From: Mobula birostris
Taxonomy: Eukaryota
NCBI RefSeq assembly: GCF_030028105.1
Contig: NC_092389.1
Span: 31,282,339 to 31,346,338, forward strand
Direction: 5' to 3'
Length of the DNA: 64,000 bases
The position numbers and the translations under genes are program-made. Each line of letters opens with the position of its first letter. Within the stretch, counting starts at the first letter, position 1. Shown here piece by piece: positions 22,576 through 35,824 of the stretch. The notes below the pieces were generated by a model. It did not search any database and had not been told where the DNA came from. It saw only the letters and a list, made by a program, of their open reading frames with translations.

Positions 22576-25500
22576 CCCTATGAAGGTCATGTTGACAATC
22601 AACCACCTACTTACAGTATATTAATCCAATTTTATTCTTCCAAATTTTCATCAGCTCCCCCCACAGATTCTACCAAAGACTTACACACTGGAGGCAATTT
22701 ATTGTAGTTAATTAGCATACCAACCTGCACATGTTTGGAGTGTGAGAGAAAACCAGAAACTTATAAAGTTGTGAGAAGAACATGCAAGTTCCATGGAAGC
22801 AGCGCCAGAGTTCAAGACTGAACCTGAATGACTGGAGATGTGAGGTAGCAGATCTAACTAACTACACCAATGTTACTTCTTTCTCCACAGTTGCTGTCTT
22901 ACCTAGTAGGTATTTCAAACACTTGCTATGTTTGTTTGACTAATTGTCTGTTCTCCATTCCCTGTTTTACGTCTGGATAATGAGATGAAAGTTTAACCCC
23001 AATACATTTGAGACAAGATCTGGTTATGATACATTTACAGGGATGAGAGGATTCATTTGCATCTGAGAAGTTGATTCAGAATATATAGGAGGTTGCCTGT
23101 AACATTTTGGAATGCAACACATTGGTAATTTAAGACATTACTTGTGGCAAGTATATCATTTCAAATTGAGTTTGTTGTCATGCACAAGTGCAGTGAGGTA
23201 CAGGCACAATGAAAAACTTGCTTGCTGCAGTATCACAGACACATAATTTCAGACTCCACACAGAATATAAATTATACATAAGACCATAAAACATAGGAGC
23301 AGAATTAGGTCATTTGGCCCGTCAAGTCTGCTCTGCCATTCAATCATGGCTGTTCCTTTTTTTCCCCTCTTCAGCTCCACTCCCCAGCCTCCTCCCTGTA
23401 ACCTTTGATGCTGTGTCCAATCATGAACCTATCAAGCTCTGCCTTAAATATACCCAACAACCTGGCCTCCACAGCTACCTGAGGTAATAAATTCCACAAG
23501 TTCACCACCCTCTGGCTGAAGAAATTTCTCCACATCTCTGTTTTAAATGGATGTCCCTCTACCCTGAGGCTGCACCCTCTTGTCCTAGCCTCTCCCACCA
23601 TGGAAACATCCTTTCCACATCTACTCTGTCTAGGCCTTTCAACATTTGAAAGGTTTCAATGAGATCCCCCCTCATCCTTATAAATTCCAGTGAATACATA
23701 CCCAGAGCTATCGAACGTTCTTTTTATGATAACCCTTTCATTCCTGGAATCATCCTTCTGAACCCTCTCCAATGCCAGCACATCTTTTCGGAGATGAGGA
23801 ACCCAAAACTGTTCACAATACTCAAGGTGAGGCCTCACCGGTGCCTTATAAAGCCTCAGCGTCATATCTTTGCTCTTGTATTCTAGACCTCTTGAAATAA
23901 ATACTAACATTGAATTTGCCTTCCTCACCACTGACTCTACCTGCAAGTTAAACTTTAGGATCTTCTGCACAAGGATTCCCAAGATCCCTTACATCTCAGA
24001 TTTTTGGATTTTCTCCCCATTTCGAAAATTGTTTGCACATTTATTTCTACTCCCAAAGTGCATGAACATGCATTTTCCAAAATTGTATTTCATTTGCCAC
24101 ACTCTTGCCCATTTCCCTAATCTGTCTAAATCCTTCTGCAGCCTACCTGATTCCTCAACACAACCTGCCCATCCACTATTTTCTGCGTCATCTGCAAACT
24201 TGGCAACAAAGCCATCTATTCAATCATCTAAGTCATTGATATACAACATAAAAAGAAGCAGTCCCAACACCGATCCCCGTGGAACACCACTACTCACTGA
24301 CAGCCAACCAGAAAAGGATCCTTTTATTTCCACTTGCTGCCTCCTACCATGCTCTACAATGCTCTACAATGCCAATAACATTCTTGTGATACCATGGGCT
24401 CTTAACTTGGTAAGCTGCCTCATGTGTGGCACCCTGTCAAAGGCCTTCTGAAAGTTCAAATATACAACATCCACTGCATCCCCTTTATCCTACTTGTAAT
24501 CTCCTCAAAGAATTCCAACAGTTTCATCAGGCAAGATTTTTCCTTAAGGAAATCCTGCTGACTTTGTACTATCTTGTCTGTGTCACCAAGTACTCCATAA
24601 TCTCATCCTTAACAATGGACCCTAACATCTTACCAACCACTGAGGTCAGGATAACTGGTCTATAATTTCCATTCTGCTGCCTTCCACCTTTCTTAAAGAG
24701 TGGAACCCTAGGGTGCCGTTCATCTGGTCCGGGTGACTTATGTACCCTTAGGTCTTTCAGCTTTTTGAGCACCTTCTCCTTTGTAATAGCAACTGCACTC
24801 ACGTCTCTTCCCTCACGCTCTTCAACATCTGATACACTACTAGTGTCTTCCACGGTGAAGACTGATGCAAAATACTCATTTAGTTCATCTGCCATCTCCT
24901 TGTCCCCTATTATTATTTGTCCAGCCTCATTTTCTAGCAGTCCTATAACCACTCTCATCTCTCTTCTATTTGTTTACATACTGGAAAAAGCTTTTACTCT
25001 CCACTTTGATATTGTTTGCTAGCTTGCTTTCATATTTCATCTTTTCCCTCCTAATAATTTTTTTAGTTGCCTTCTGTAGGTTTTTAAAAGCCTCCCAGTC
25101 CTCTGTCTTCCAACTATTTTTTGCTTTGTTGTATGCCCTCTCGCTTGCTTTTACATTAGCTTTGACTGCCTTTGTCAGCCATGGTTGCACTATTTTGCCA
25201 TTTGAGTATTTCTCAGTTTTTGGAATACATCTATCCTGCACCTTCCTCATTTTTCGCAGAAATTCAAGCCATTTCTGCTCTGCTGTCATCCCTGGCAGCA
25301 TCTCCTTCCAACTTACTTTGGCCAATTTCTGTCTCATACCACTGTAATTTCCCTTACTCTACTGAAATACTGCTCAGACTTTACTTTCTTCCTATCAAAT
25401 TTCAAGTTGAACTCAATCATATTGTGATCTCTGTCTCCTTAGGGTTCTTTTACCTTAACCTCCCTGATTGCCTCCAGTTCATTCCATAAGACCCAATCCA

Positions 25501-25583
25501 GTATAGCTGATCCCCAGGTAGGCTCAGCGACAAGGCACTCTAAAAAGCCATCTTGTAGGCATTCAACAAACTCACTCTCTTGA

Positions 25584-26470
25584 AGATCGCAAAGATCGCA
25601 AGATCTTACATCTGCAGACCCCAGAGCCTGCTGGCCCTGACGCTAGCAGGCATGGACTTCAGATTGCGGCCTCTGCCATTAATCTCGCCAGCTGCAACAC
25701 CTCAGGGTATATTCAAAACCCGGACTCCAGCAACGACCATGGACACCTTCAAAGCGTTTGTGCAACCACCAGCTGCGACTCCAGCCTTGAACTCCAGGCC
25801 GGGTCTTTATGTGCTGCTATTGTGACTCCCGTCTCCCCTTCCCCCACCACCACTCTGCAACCCCGTCTCCCTCAGATCCCGCCGTCAGCTTCTGGGCCCT
25901 CAGAGGCTCCATCTTCCTCTCACTCCAACCCTCCCCTCTCCACTGACACCCACAGCCTCTCCCCTCCCCCCTCTGATCCCAGCTCTCATCTGTGCCGGGT
26001 CTTTACCATCCCCTCTGACCTTCAACTGTCTGAGGCAGGACGCTCTGTTCTCAGTAAGGGCCTCACCTTTGTCCTCCTTTGCGCATACCTCAGTGAGTTC
26101 CGTATACGTCATGACATGGAACTCTCCTTCCGCCGTCTCCGTCTCTGAGCCTACTTCTTTGGCAAGGACTCTTCCACCCCCACCGATGACCCCTTCTCCC
26201 GTCTTCAACCCTCCTTCTCTTCATGGACACCCCACTCTGGTCTTCTGTCTGCTCAGGATCTCTTTATTGCTAACTGCCAATGGGACATCAACCGTCTCGA
26301 CTTCACTGCACCTCGTTCCCATTCCAACCTTACTCCTTCCGAACGCTCTGCTCTCCACTCCCTCCGCACTTATCCAGTCCTGACGAAGGGTCTCGGCCCG
26401 AAATATCGACTGTACCTCTTCCTAGAGATGCTGCCTGGCCTGCTGCGTTCACCAGCAACTTTGTTGTGTG
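25584..26470 (+). mobile_element. Internally deleted Penelope-like element (N-terminal domain joined to terminal repeat)
   Basis: Encodes LSEAGRSVLSKGLTFV...FRRLRL. Flanked by a 12-bp direct repeat tcactctcttga (25572-25583 and 26471-26482). Confidence 0.85.
26375..26412 (+). ncRNA. Minimal type-I hammerhead ribozyme motif in a Penelope terminus
   Basis: Stem I CAGUC/GACUG; core CUGACGA plus an extra A; stem II GGGU-CUCG-GCCC; GAA; palindromic stem III AUAU; cleavage C at 26407. Confidence 0.72.
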
Positions 26471-29259
26471 TCACTCTCTTGAGATCCATACCAACTTAAT
26501 TTTCCCAATCAACCTGCATGTTGAAATCTCCCATGAGTATCATAACATTGCCGTTTTGACACACCCTTTCTATTTCCCGTTGTAATCTGTTGTCAACATC
26601 CCAGGCACTGTTGGCATATCTGTATGTAACTGCTTCAGGATCCTTTTACCCTTGCAGTTTCTTCACTCAACCCACAAGGATTCAACTTCTTCCAATCCTA
26701 CTCAAATTACACCAGACAGTGAAGAAAAATACTGTGCAAAATAAGACATTAGCCCAAACAAAACACAACCAGAAAACACCTATGGTAGTGCAAGAGGTGG
26801 TCCATAGTGTTCTGTTGTTGAGGTAGGATTAGAGTTGTGCAGGTTCATTCAAGAACCTTTTGAGTTATTTTGAATAATTAAGAGGGGCAGATGATTTCGA
26901 AAGTGGTCCATAAAATTCTCTACTAGTGGAATTTATGTCCCTTGGGGTCTGGATCCGTTAAGTTGAAGATTGATTGCCAGAATTTCTTAACAGCTAACAC
27001 CCAAGGTAGTTGAAGGCAAACAAGATGAGCTATGATATCTTCTAGTGAGTCAATTCCCGAACCAACTTGTTTCACTGATTAATTAGTGAATTAAAAAGTG
27101 AACTGTGCATAAAGAGCAGTGCAAATCTACAGAGTGGCATTTGGAATTTGGTTAAAGTGAAATTCAGATAGGAGGAGAAAGAGGAAACCACTAGGCAACA
27201 GCAAATATTAAAGAAAATCTGAATTATTGATTTAATCAAATGGGACATATTAAGCAAACTAATGAGACTGCTGAGGCATGTTGTCTGTATTTCTTGTGCA
27301 CTCCAGAGTAACTGTGGATGCAGAAATGCTCGTGTTGCTTGAAAAACAACTTAAATCATTTCAGGGCAGGAAAAGCAGATTAGTAATAAGGAAACTCTTT
27401 TGGTGCGTGAAATAAGGGCTTTTAAAAGCCTCCGTGTAAATGCTAAATGTATTAAGTGAAAGATGCATATTTATCAGTTGCTATTCTGAATATTTAAAAT
27501 CTGGGAAATGTGGTTCAATATTAACCTTGAATTGACGGAGTCTGTGCATTGCAATATTTTCATCTCAGTTTATTGGGAGGGACATAGCAAATTGAAAATA
27601 GTTTCGAGAGGAACTGGAGATGAAGAAAAGAAATATAATTATTGGAAGGGCTATTATTAAAATTTCTTTGAATCATAAAATATAATGTGTAGCTGAAGAT
27701 TACTCAATTTAACAGGGAAGATGCATCTTATAAGAAATGATAAGTGTCCTTGAAGAAATGATGACAAATATCAGATATGGCTGATGAAAAGTAAAAATCT
27801 GATTTAAAATATCAAAACACGTGGAATAAAGAATTGTGAACAGGTGCAGTGGAAGCAAGAAAATTATTTCATTAATGCCAGGTGATGGAAAGTAATTAAG
27901 AACAAGTCAGGATAGGCTGAGGACTCTGATATAAATAAATACATTACAGCTGTGTAATATTGGAAATGATGCCAAGGTGCAGTAGTCATTGTTAGACATG
28001 TCATCGGACCAATTCCACTGGAGTAAATGCTTCCATATGAATTGATCATAACCAGGATTAAGTTGCTTGAAGTTAATTGGGCAGATGGCTTGATAGTACT
28101 TATCTCAGAGCACAAAATGAAATGGAAGATGCCCTACAGAAGTCAAGATCAATGAAATCAAGATCAAAAGCGAATTGGAGATGACAGCAGCCATTCAGCC
28201 CCTCTTAATTCATCTCTTCAGAGGGATTCTAATGTCCCATCCTCCAATCCTTTCCCTGTTGTAGTATTTATTTTCCCCTTAATGAGAGCAAATTTTTGTC
28301 CTTCTGGTGATGATGATAACTTTTTAATGTTGGCCTAACATGTTTGTAAGCTACTTCCCTTTGTCCTGCTCCTAGCCATCACATCATAATCTCAAGTAAT
28401 AAGGTTGAGTATTTTTGGAGTTAAGAGAGTACAATTATGATTCACAAAGTAACTTGATAATGGTATATGAGGTTCTTAATGAAAAAGGAAAAAAATAACA
28501 TGCATTATTACTTTAAATGAAAGTACAAGAGGAGAAATCAGGGTAATGAAAAACCTTTACATCTTAGTGATTAGAACCGGATTTAACCATATACTATATT
28601 CTGCTCTTTTGACTACTCTGGTTCAACGTCTTTAGCAATGAGTCTGTTCAGACTCCTACAGTCTCTTTGTTTCATCCTTTGTATTTCTACACAGGGTGCT
28701 TGTTCCAATGTGTTACATTTTATAATTACATATATTACATTTCATCAGCAGTGATCTTGCAGATTTGCAAATCCTGTTCAACTCGCGTTATAATTCCTAG
28801 AATCCTTCCCTAATTGTAATTTATTTCTCTGTCTGGTATCATCTGCAAAGCTGACCGTTTTCCATTGGATTTCCAAACCAATTCTCTGAATGAGAAGCAG
28901 AATTCCTCCCACCACCTTTTACTGAATCTAACTCTACCTTTAGATGGTTTTCTCTATATTCCCAGCTTTGAATTTAATTAATAGACATCAGGGACAGACC
29001 ATCACAAAAGACCTGTTTTGGCTCGTTATTTCCTAGGTGAAACTGATATTGTTTCTGCTAGTGTTGTACAGAAGACCCTCAAGCCTATTTCTGGTAATAA
29101 TTACATGGCCTCAGAATTTGTGCTCATTGGGAAGTTACCCTCACCTCCGAAGAAAGACCACACTCCTTTTGCAGGAGTTTACTGAAAGAAACTGGTCTGG
29201 AACTCTGTGGCGAATATTTTAAGGGTACAGTGGCTAAATTCACGGTCTAAGAATCTGGA

Positions 29260-29929
29260 GACATCCCCTCTCCTCTGACACCACCAGCCCTCTTTCCCCC
29301 TTCAATCCGAGCTCTAATCTCTACCATGTCATCACCATTCTCTCCAACCTCCCCCTCTGTGAGTTAGAACATTCTGTCCTCAGCAAGGGCCATACCTTTG
29401 TTACCCCTTCGCATGAACCTCAGTGAGTTCCATGCCAACTACGACGCTGATCTCTTCTTCCATCGCCAAGCCCACTTCTTATCCAGAATTTCCCACCCCA
29501 TACCAATGACCCCTCTTCTTGTCTTCAACCATCCTCCTCTTCTTGGACATTCCACTCTGGTTCTGTGCCTGCTCTGGACCTTTTCATCTCTAATTGCCGA
29601 TGAGACATCAACCGGCTCAACTTCAGTACTCCTCTTCGTCCTTAAACCTTACTCCCCCTGCTCACACTTCACCCCTCACTCTCTCTGCATCAATCCCAAC
29701 CTTATCATCAAACCTACAGGCATAGGGGGTGTTGTTGTAGAGTGGCGCACTGACCTCTACTTTGATGAGGCCAGCTGGCAGCTCTTGGACACTTCCTCTT
29801 GCTTACCCCTTGAAAAGACCCCACACCACGCCATCAGAACATAGTCTCCAACACTATCACTAACCTCATCAACTCTGGAGATCTCCCATTCACTGCCACC
29901 AAACTCATAGCTCCCTTGCCTTGCACTAC
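29260..29929 (+). mobile_element. Penelope-like element, 5' part (continues at about 33470)
   Basis: SVLSKG..F.P, IIKP..GG.VV.WRTDLY and LINSGDLP.TA.KLI motifs. Homologous to about 25980-26370. Confidence 0.8.
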
Positions 29930-32834
29930 CAGGGGCGTATCTACAGAAAATAGCGCCTATGGCAAGCACTGAAATTACGCCCCTGTCCAAACATCTGACA
30001 CCCATCTTTGATATAGCTTTACCATAATATCAGCTCAAAAATACAAGTCAAGCTCATTAATCTTTTAATTAATAAATTATGGTACTACATGAAAATTATA
30101 ACTGCACCTTCCTTGCTTTCACTGATGCAAATTGGTCTATGATGTGATCAAAGTCAGTTTTTTCAGTTTCTTCTCTTTCTACACTCAGCAGAGCAAGATC
30201 ACAGAGTCTGCCTTGACCCGTGGAGGCTTTCAAATACAAAAGTATTAGCTTTAACTTGCTGAATGATCTCTCACAGCTGGCGATGGAAACTGTGATGGTT
30301 AGCATTATCTGAATAGCAATGCGAAGATTGGGGAAGACACTCTCATCTCCATACTGAACCATAAGTTCAAGAAGCTCTTCAGGTCTTGATATTTTCATGT
30401 TAACCCGCCTTGATAGCAACATTCTGCAATCCAAAATTTCTTCATATATGCTGCCGTCCATCAACATCAGAGCTGTACAATTCGCCCAAATTTTCGCACT
30501 TCTTCTTTAGGTCGTTACTGTCGGCGCTGTAACACAGTCCCTCGACATTGAGAAGGAACCCAAACTTGGTATCAGTGTCTGCAAACGAGTGAATCTTTCG
30601 TCCATTTCTCTGTGAAGACGGTCAAGTGTTCCCTTCATGACTCTTTCCATTTCCTCCTTAGCTGTTAACCCAGCGTCTCTCGAGTTCTCATCAGCCATTC
30701 GTTTTTTCCGTCTCTGACGCCTTTCAACTTCAATATTCCATTCTTGAAGGAGACCGACTCCTTCTTCGAGTGACTCACTGACCAGCACTTCTCTTTCATC
30801 ATAAAAATGATTTCGGAGGGCTTTCAAATTCAGGGCAGCATCATGGATGTTCATGCTAGGATCCTGCAGCCTCTTTCGAATACGGTCAATGCGAATGAGT
30901 ACTTTGTTCCAAAATCCTAGCAAAATCAGAAACTCGTAACTCAACATGAGGTTGTACAGCTGCCTTGCATCACTTCTTGTTTCACTGGTCTTATTTTCAT
31001 TGTCTATCATGTCCTGGAGAACTTGAAGTATCTCCTCAAGGTACTTGACGGGCTTCACTGCTTCTGTCCTTGTACTCCACCTGGTTTCGGACTCCAACTT
31101 ACCAACCACAGACACAGCTTTTTTGAGTTTTTCCCAGCACTGTGTCGAAAGAGAGAAAAACATGTAGACAGCTTTGATGGTTCCAAAAAACGTGACCATC
31201 ACTGTATCCTGCTTGGCTGCATGTACACCCACCAAGTCAAGTGAGTGATTGTCGCAATTCACAAGCACTGCCAGGTTGTTTTTCTCACTTATTCTTTGAT
31301 GAACACCACCTCTGTGTCCAGCTATCACAGCAACATTGTCATAGCACTGTGACCGACAATCTTGTAGCTCCATTTCGTCCTTCTCTAGCTGTTTCAAGAT
31401 GTCTTCAACCAGGCTGTCAGCATCCTTCTGGCTTATAAAACCAAGGAAGGACTCTCCAACATGGACTGTTTTCCTCTCAAAATCAACTTCCACATACTTC
31501 ACTACTTCTGACATCTGCTCATGGTGTGCCTGATCAGGAGTTGAGTCGAACGTGAGACCACAGTACTTGGCTTTATGAATGCTTCTCAGTAAACTCTGGC
31601 AAACAGTGGATGCCATCATGTGGATGAATTCATTCTGGACACCCGGTGAAAGATAAGACGTGGATCCAGGATGACTTTCCAAATGAATGAGGTGTTCTTT
31701 TATGACAGGCTCAGTGATGGCCTGTAGTTTCAGTAAGCCAAGGAAATTTCCCACATTGGAGTCATCGTCTAGCTGAAGTGACTCCCTGTGTCCTCACAAA
31801 ACCAGGTTCTGAGTCACAAGGAATTTTATGCAGTGAAAGATTCTCGTCAAGATATCACGCCACTTCTGCTTTTCCTTCTCAATCTGTGACTGAAATACCG
31901 TGTCAATAACTCCTGTTTCCAGCTAAATTTCTTTCCATTTCTTTCCACTGTGTGAAGCATTCCTGATGATTCTTGGCATTTTCATGAACTCTAATCCTTT
32001 CAGGTGCTTTCCACTGGTTGAATCCACTTTCCTGCTCCAATGAGGATTGATGGTCTGACCGGGAATAGAGAAGACAACAGATACAAAATGCAGACTTTTT
32101 AGAAGGGGAATAGACCAGCCATGAGCAAGTCACTTCCTCACCATGGCCATTTCCCAATTTCCTCCTGAACCAAGTTTTGTTCATTGAGCGGTTATTTGTT
32201 GGTAGGAAAGGCCCCTCACTGTTCTGAAAATACTTTGAACCCAGCTTTATTATTTCTGTTCTCAACGCGTCAGGCAGAATTGCTTTTCCAGTATCCTTGT
32301 CGAACTTCACAAGTCCAATGTCACGCTGTGCAATCACTTCTGGCATGACAGTTCGAGGCTCTTTGACACCACTCAGTTCACTAGGTTCAGTCGTCAGGTT
32401 CAATCTCGTCAGGTAAAATCTCGTCAATAAACTCAACATCACCACCTCCACCATCATCTTCCCCTCCTGTCCGCGTTCTCTGTGGCAGCCTCACTCTTAA
32501 TCTCGTCATACTCGGATTTACCTGACTTGACTTCCTCCTTGGCTTGTGATATATTTGTACTTGATCCACCTTCGGATTCTAACAAACTTGTAGCAGGTGC
32601 AGGCGACTCCATGGAATGTGTCGAACTACTTGTACCGGGCATTTCAAAGAAGGGCATGAAGAACTTGCTCGGCTTCTTGGCTTCCTCCGCCTCCAACTTT
32701 CGTTTCTTCCTTCCTTCAGCTCCACTTTCCTTCTTCTTTATGAAGAAACATTTCATTGTCTTCTTACACAATGCTCTGAAATAAGGCCAATCTAGCGCTT
32801 TTCACCCATGAAAATCAAAGACAGATCATACATC
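29930..32834 (-). mobile_element. hAT DNA transposon (Tip100/ZMYM1-like), with a near-complete transposase pseudogene at 30096-32771
   Basis: TTF-type zinc finger WLVYSPSKKSAFCICCLLY, GNFLGLLKL, DSTPD..H.EQ, SQCYDN, ETRWS and hATC domain FPNLRIAIQIMLTI.VSIASCERSFSKLKLI. There is a terminus caggggcgtatcta at 29930 and several frameshifts/stops. Confidence 0.92.
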
Positions 32835-33465
32835 TGCAAGGGTTTCTTCTTTCATGTTACTTGCTAATAATGAAATGGCTTCTCTGTAGTGTATAATGAA
32901 ATGGCTTCACTTTAATGTTAACTGATGAGGTAATGTTTTCTGTAGCAGTGTGCTTGGGTTATAATTAATGATAACGGGACCTATATTCATTTGCTAATCA
33001 ATTGGGATAGATGTTACTCTTTCTGTCTGTGCGAAAGCTGTTAGTTTGTGTGGGCTTGGGGAGGAGAAGGCGTGAGAAGGATGAAGAGAAAAGACGTGGC
33101 TTGAGGAGATGGTTGCCGGACCCGCTGGGCCTAGGAACGGGGCGGGAGCCCAGGGGTCAATGATGAGCGAAGGAGGATCAGCAAAAGGGAATCCATGAGC
33201 TCCAACATTTGTGCACTGGACGTGTTTATGAGATTACTGGTGCCTTTTATTTCTTTTCCCTTTCTTTTGTTTCTCTACTAACCCCATACTTAAATATAAA
33301 ATCTTAATCGTTTAACCGCATGTTGTAGACTGAATGTTATTTCCGGGTACTGATGTTACACAGGGGCACAACACGCAGCATCCACCCAAACAAGAGTGCT
33401 AAAGTTTAGCCGGGTAGGGGGTGCCACCCCCTGAGATCATGCCACTAGGCAAAGCGAGTCTTACA
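32835..33465 (+). mobile_element. Probable solo LTR
   Basis: About 630-bp TG...CA block with an internal direct repeat (taatgaaatggcttc twice), a CCAAT-like site, a GC-rich middle and an AT-rich signal. There is no matching TSD. Confidence 0.5.
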
Positions 33466-33469
33466 TATG

Positions 33470-35250
33470 CAAGAGCCACAAACCTGACTGTCTGGGTGAG
33501 CCCAGTTTCTCTGCTTGCTCTTGTCCCACTGAACTCGTGTCCACATAACTTGACTCCATTCTATCACCCTTCGTTCAGTCCTTCCCACCTACATCTGTAA
33601 CGCTTCTCAAACTTTCAATTCCCCAGCTCTGACCGCCTTATTTTCACCATGGATGTCCATTCCCTATACACTCCTATCCCCCATCAAGAAGCCATTAAAG
33701 TCCTCTGCTTCTTTCTTGACAAAATACCCAACCAGTTCCCCTCCACCGCCACCCTCCTCCATCTGGCAGAACTGGTCCTCACCCTCAACAATTTCTTCTT
33801 CAGCTCTTCCCACTCCCATGGGCACCCACATCAGCTCTAGCGATGCCTGCCTTTTTGTTGGCTGTGTGGAACAGTCCATGTCCCCGGCCTTCCGTGGTAA
33901 TTCTCCCAACTCTTACTGTGCGACATTGATGACTGCATTGGTGCTGCTTCATGCGCTTATGCTGAGCTCGTGAATTTCATCAACTTTGCCTTGAACTTCC
34001 ATCCTACCCTTAAATTCACTTGGTCCATTTCTGACACCTTCTCCCCTTTCTCAATCTCTCTGTCTCCATCTCTGGAGACAAACTGTTGACCAGCATTTTT
34101 TTATAAATCTACCGGTTCCCACGGCTATCTTGACTATACCCCTTCCCACCTTGTCTCCTGCAAATATGCTATTCCCTTTTCTCTGTTTCTTTGGCTCTGC
34201 TGCATCTGTTCCTAGGATGAGACTTTGCTTTCCAGGACATCAAAGATGTCTTCCTTCTTCAAAGAATAGGCTTTCCCTTCCTCCGCCACTGATGCTGCCC
34301 TCATCCGCATCTCCTTATTTCCTAGACATCCTCATACAGCCCATCTTCTTGCTGCCTTAACAGTGATAGAGTTCCTCTTATCCTCACCTACCACCTCATG
34401 AGCCTCTGCTTCCAAGGCATCACTCTCTGCAACTTCCACCCTCTTCAGCAATATCTTACCACCAAACACATCATTAGTTCCTCAGCATGCTCCGCTTTCC
34501 ATAGGGATGCCCCCTCTGTGATTTCCTTGTCCATTTGTCCCTCCTCATTAATCTCCTTCCTGGCAGAAGTGCTATGCCTGTCCATTCACCTCCTCCCTCA
34601 CCTCCGTTCAGGGCCCAAATAGTCCTTCCAATGCTCCTGATGCAGCCTCCTCTACTTTGGTAGAACCAGACATGAATTGGAAGACCACTTTGTCGAGCAC
34701 CTCTGCTCCATCTGCTGAAAACAGAATTTCCTGGTGACCAAACATTTTAATTCCTATCCCCGTTTGTTTTCCGACATGTCCGTCCATGGCCACTTTTGTT
34801 ACAATGAGGCCACCCTCAGGGTGGAGGAGCAACCCCTCATATTCTGTCAAAGTAGCCTCTAACCTGATGACATGAATAATTTTTCTTCTTTTCTTTTCTC
34901 CTTCCCCTTCCCTCTTCTTCTATTCCCCATTCTAGACTCTTATCTCTTCTCCTTACTTTCCTTTCACCTCCCTCTGGTTCCACACCCACCCCACCGCCCC
35001 CACTTCTTCCCTTTCTCCCAGTGTCTACTCTTGTCTGCTATCAGATTCTTTCTTCTCCAGCCCTTTACCTTTCACACCCACCTGGCTTCCCGGCTTCACC
35101 TATCACATTCTAGCTTGTTTCTCCTTCCTCTTCCCCCACATGCTAATCCTGGTGTCCTCCCCCTTCTTTTCTAGTCGTGATAAAGGGTCTTGGCCCAAAA
35201 TGTGAGCTGTTTATTCATTTCCATAGGTGCTTCCTGACCTGCTGAATTCC

Positions 35251-35252
<2 letters not shown>
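33470..35252 (+). mobile_element. Penelope-like element, RT plus GIY-YIG remnant plus terminal repeat
   Basis: HKPDC.G.P, FTMDVHSLYTPIPHQE, LTLNNF, MGT, IDD and a decayed GIY-YIG segment, then a pyrimidine tract and the degenerate terminus agtcgtgataaagggtcttggcccaaaatg. Confidence 0.88.
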
Positions 35253-35254
<2 letters not shown>

Positions 35255-35291
<37 letters not shown>

Positions 35292-35301
35292 GTGTGTGTG
35301 T
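35255..35301. repeat. (TG)n microsatellite
   Basis: Visible directly in the sequence. Confidence 0.95.
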
Positions 35302-35824
35302 CTCTTGTGTCAAGGAACCTGGAGGCCTGGACTTACATGGCAAAAATCCTGTGTTCAAACCTCACCGTGGTAGCTGTGGAGGTTGTTCAATTACAACAAC
35401 AGACTTCGTATTCATGATGCCATGCACTCTTGACTTGTTGTTTAAAACCCATTTGGTCCAATTCAGGGGAGGAAATCTGCCACTCCTAGTTTGTTTGGCC
35501 AACGTATGACTCATACCTACCGATGGAGTTGTCTTCTGATGAAACTGAGCAAGCTGCTCAGCTCTAGTGACTCAACAGCACCTTCTCAAGGAACAGGCAG
35601 TAAACACTTACAACATCAAGCACCCCAAAACATAAAACACAAATCCTGACAAAACGTAAATGACAACACTTGGCTGATGATTCTAGATGAACCCTGTAGC
35701 TGTGATTTTAGAAACTGGTGTCCATCCCTCCCTCCTCCTCTTCAGCTCAGCCACAATCAATTTTTTTCAAATAAGACAAAATTGTTCAGTACTTCAAATT
35801 ATCTTGTATACTGAGGCAACTAAA

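Larger units (their letters stand above)
23281..26700 (-). mobile_element. CR1 LINE ORF2 (decayed), interrupted by a Penelope fragment
   Basis: Minus-strand motifs YFASVFT, KSPGPD, NYRPVILTSVVGKML, VRPHLEYCEQFW and RVVNLWNLLP. The endonuclease part resumes after 26470. Confidence 0.92.

Noticed and set aside
23870-24451. 193-aa plus-strand ORF
   Set aside because: It is the antisense frame of CR1 RT.
29037-29093. AG/GT-bounded 57-nt segment
   Set aside because: Signals are moderate, it lies next to a Penelope 5' end, and the peptide is not recognisable.
35172-35210. Functional hammerhead at the end of the long Penelope copy
   Set aside because: The core is mutated (GUGAUAA, AAAA). The same holds for both arms of the 40318 palindrome, so these are relics only.
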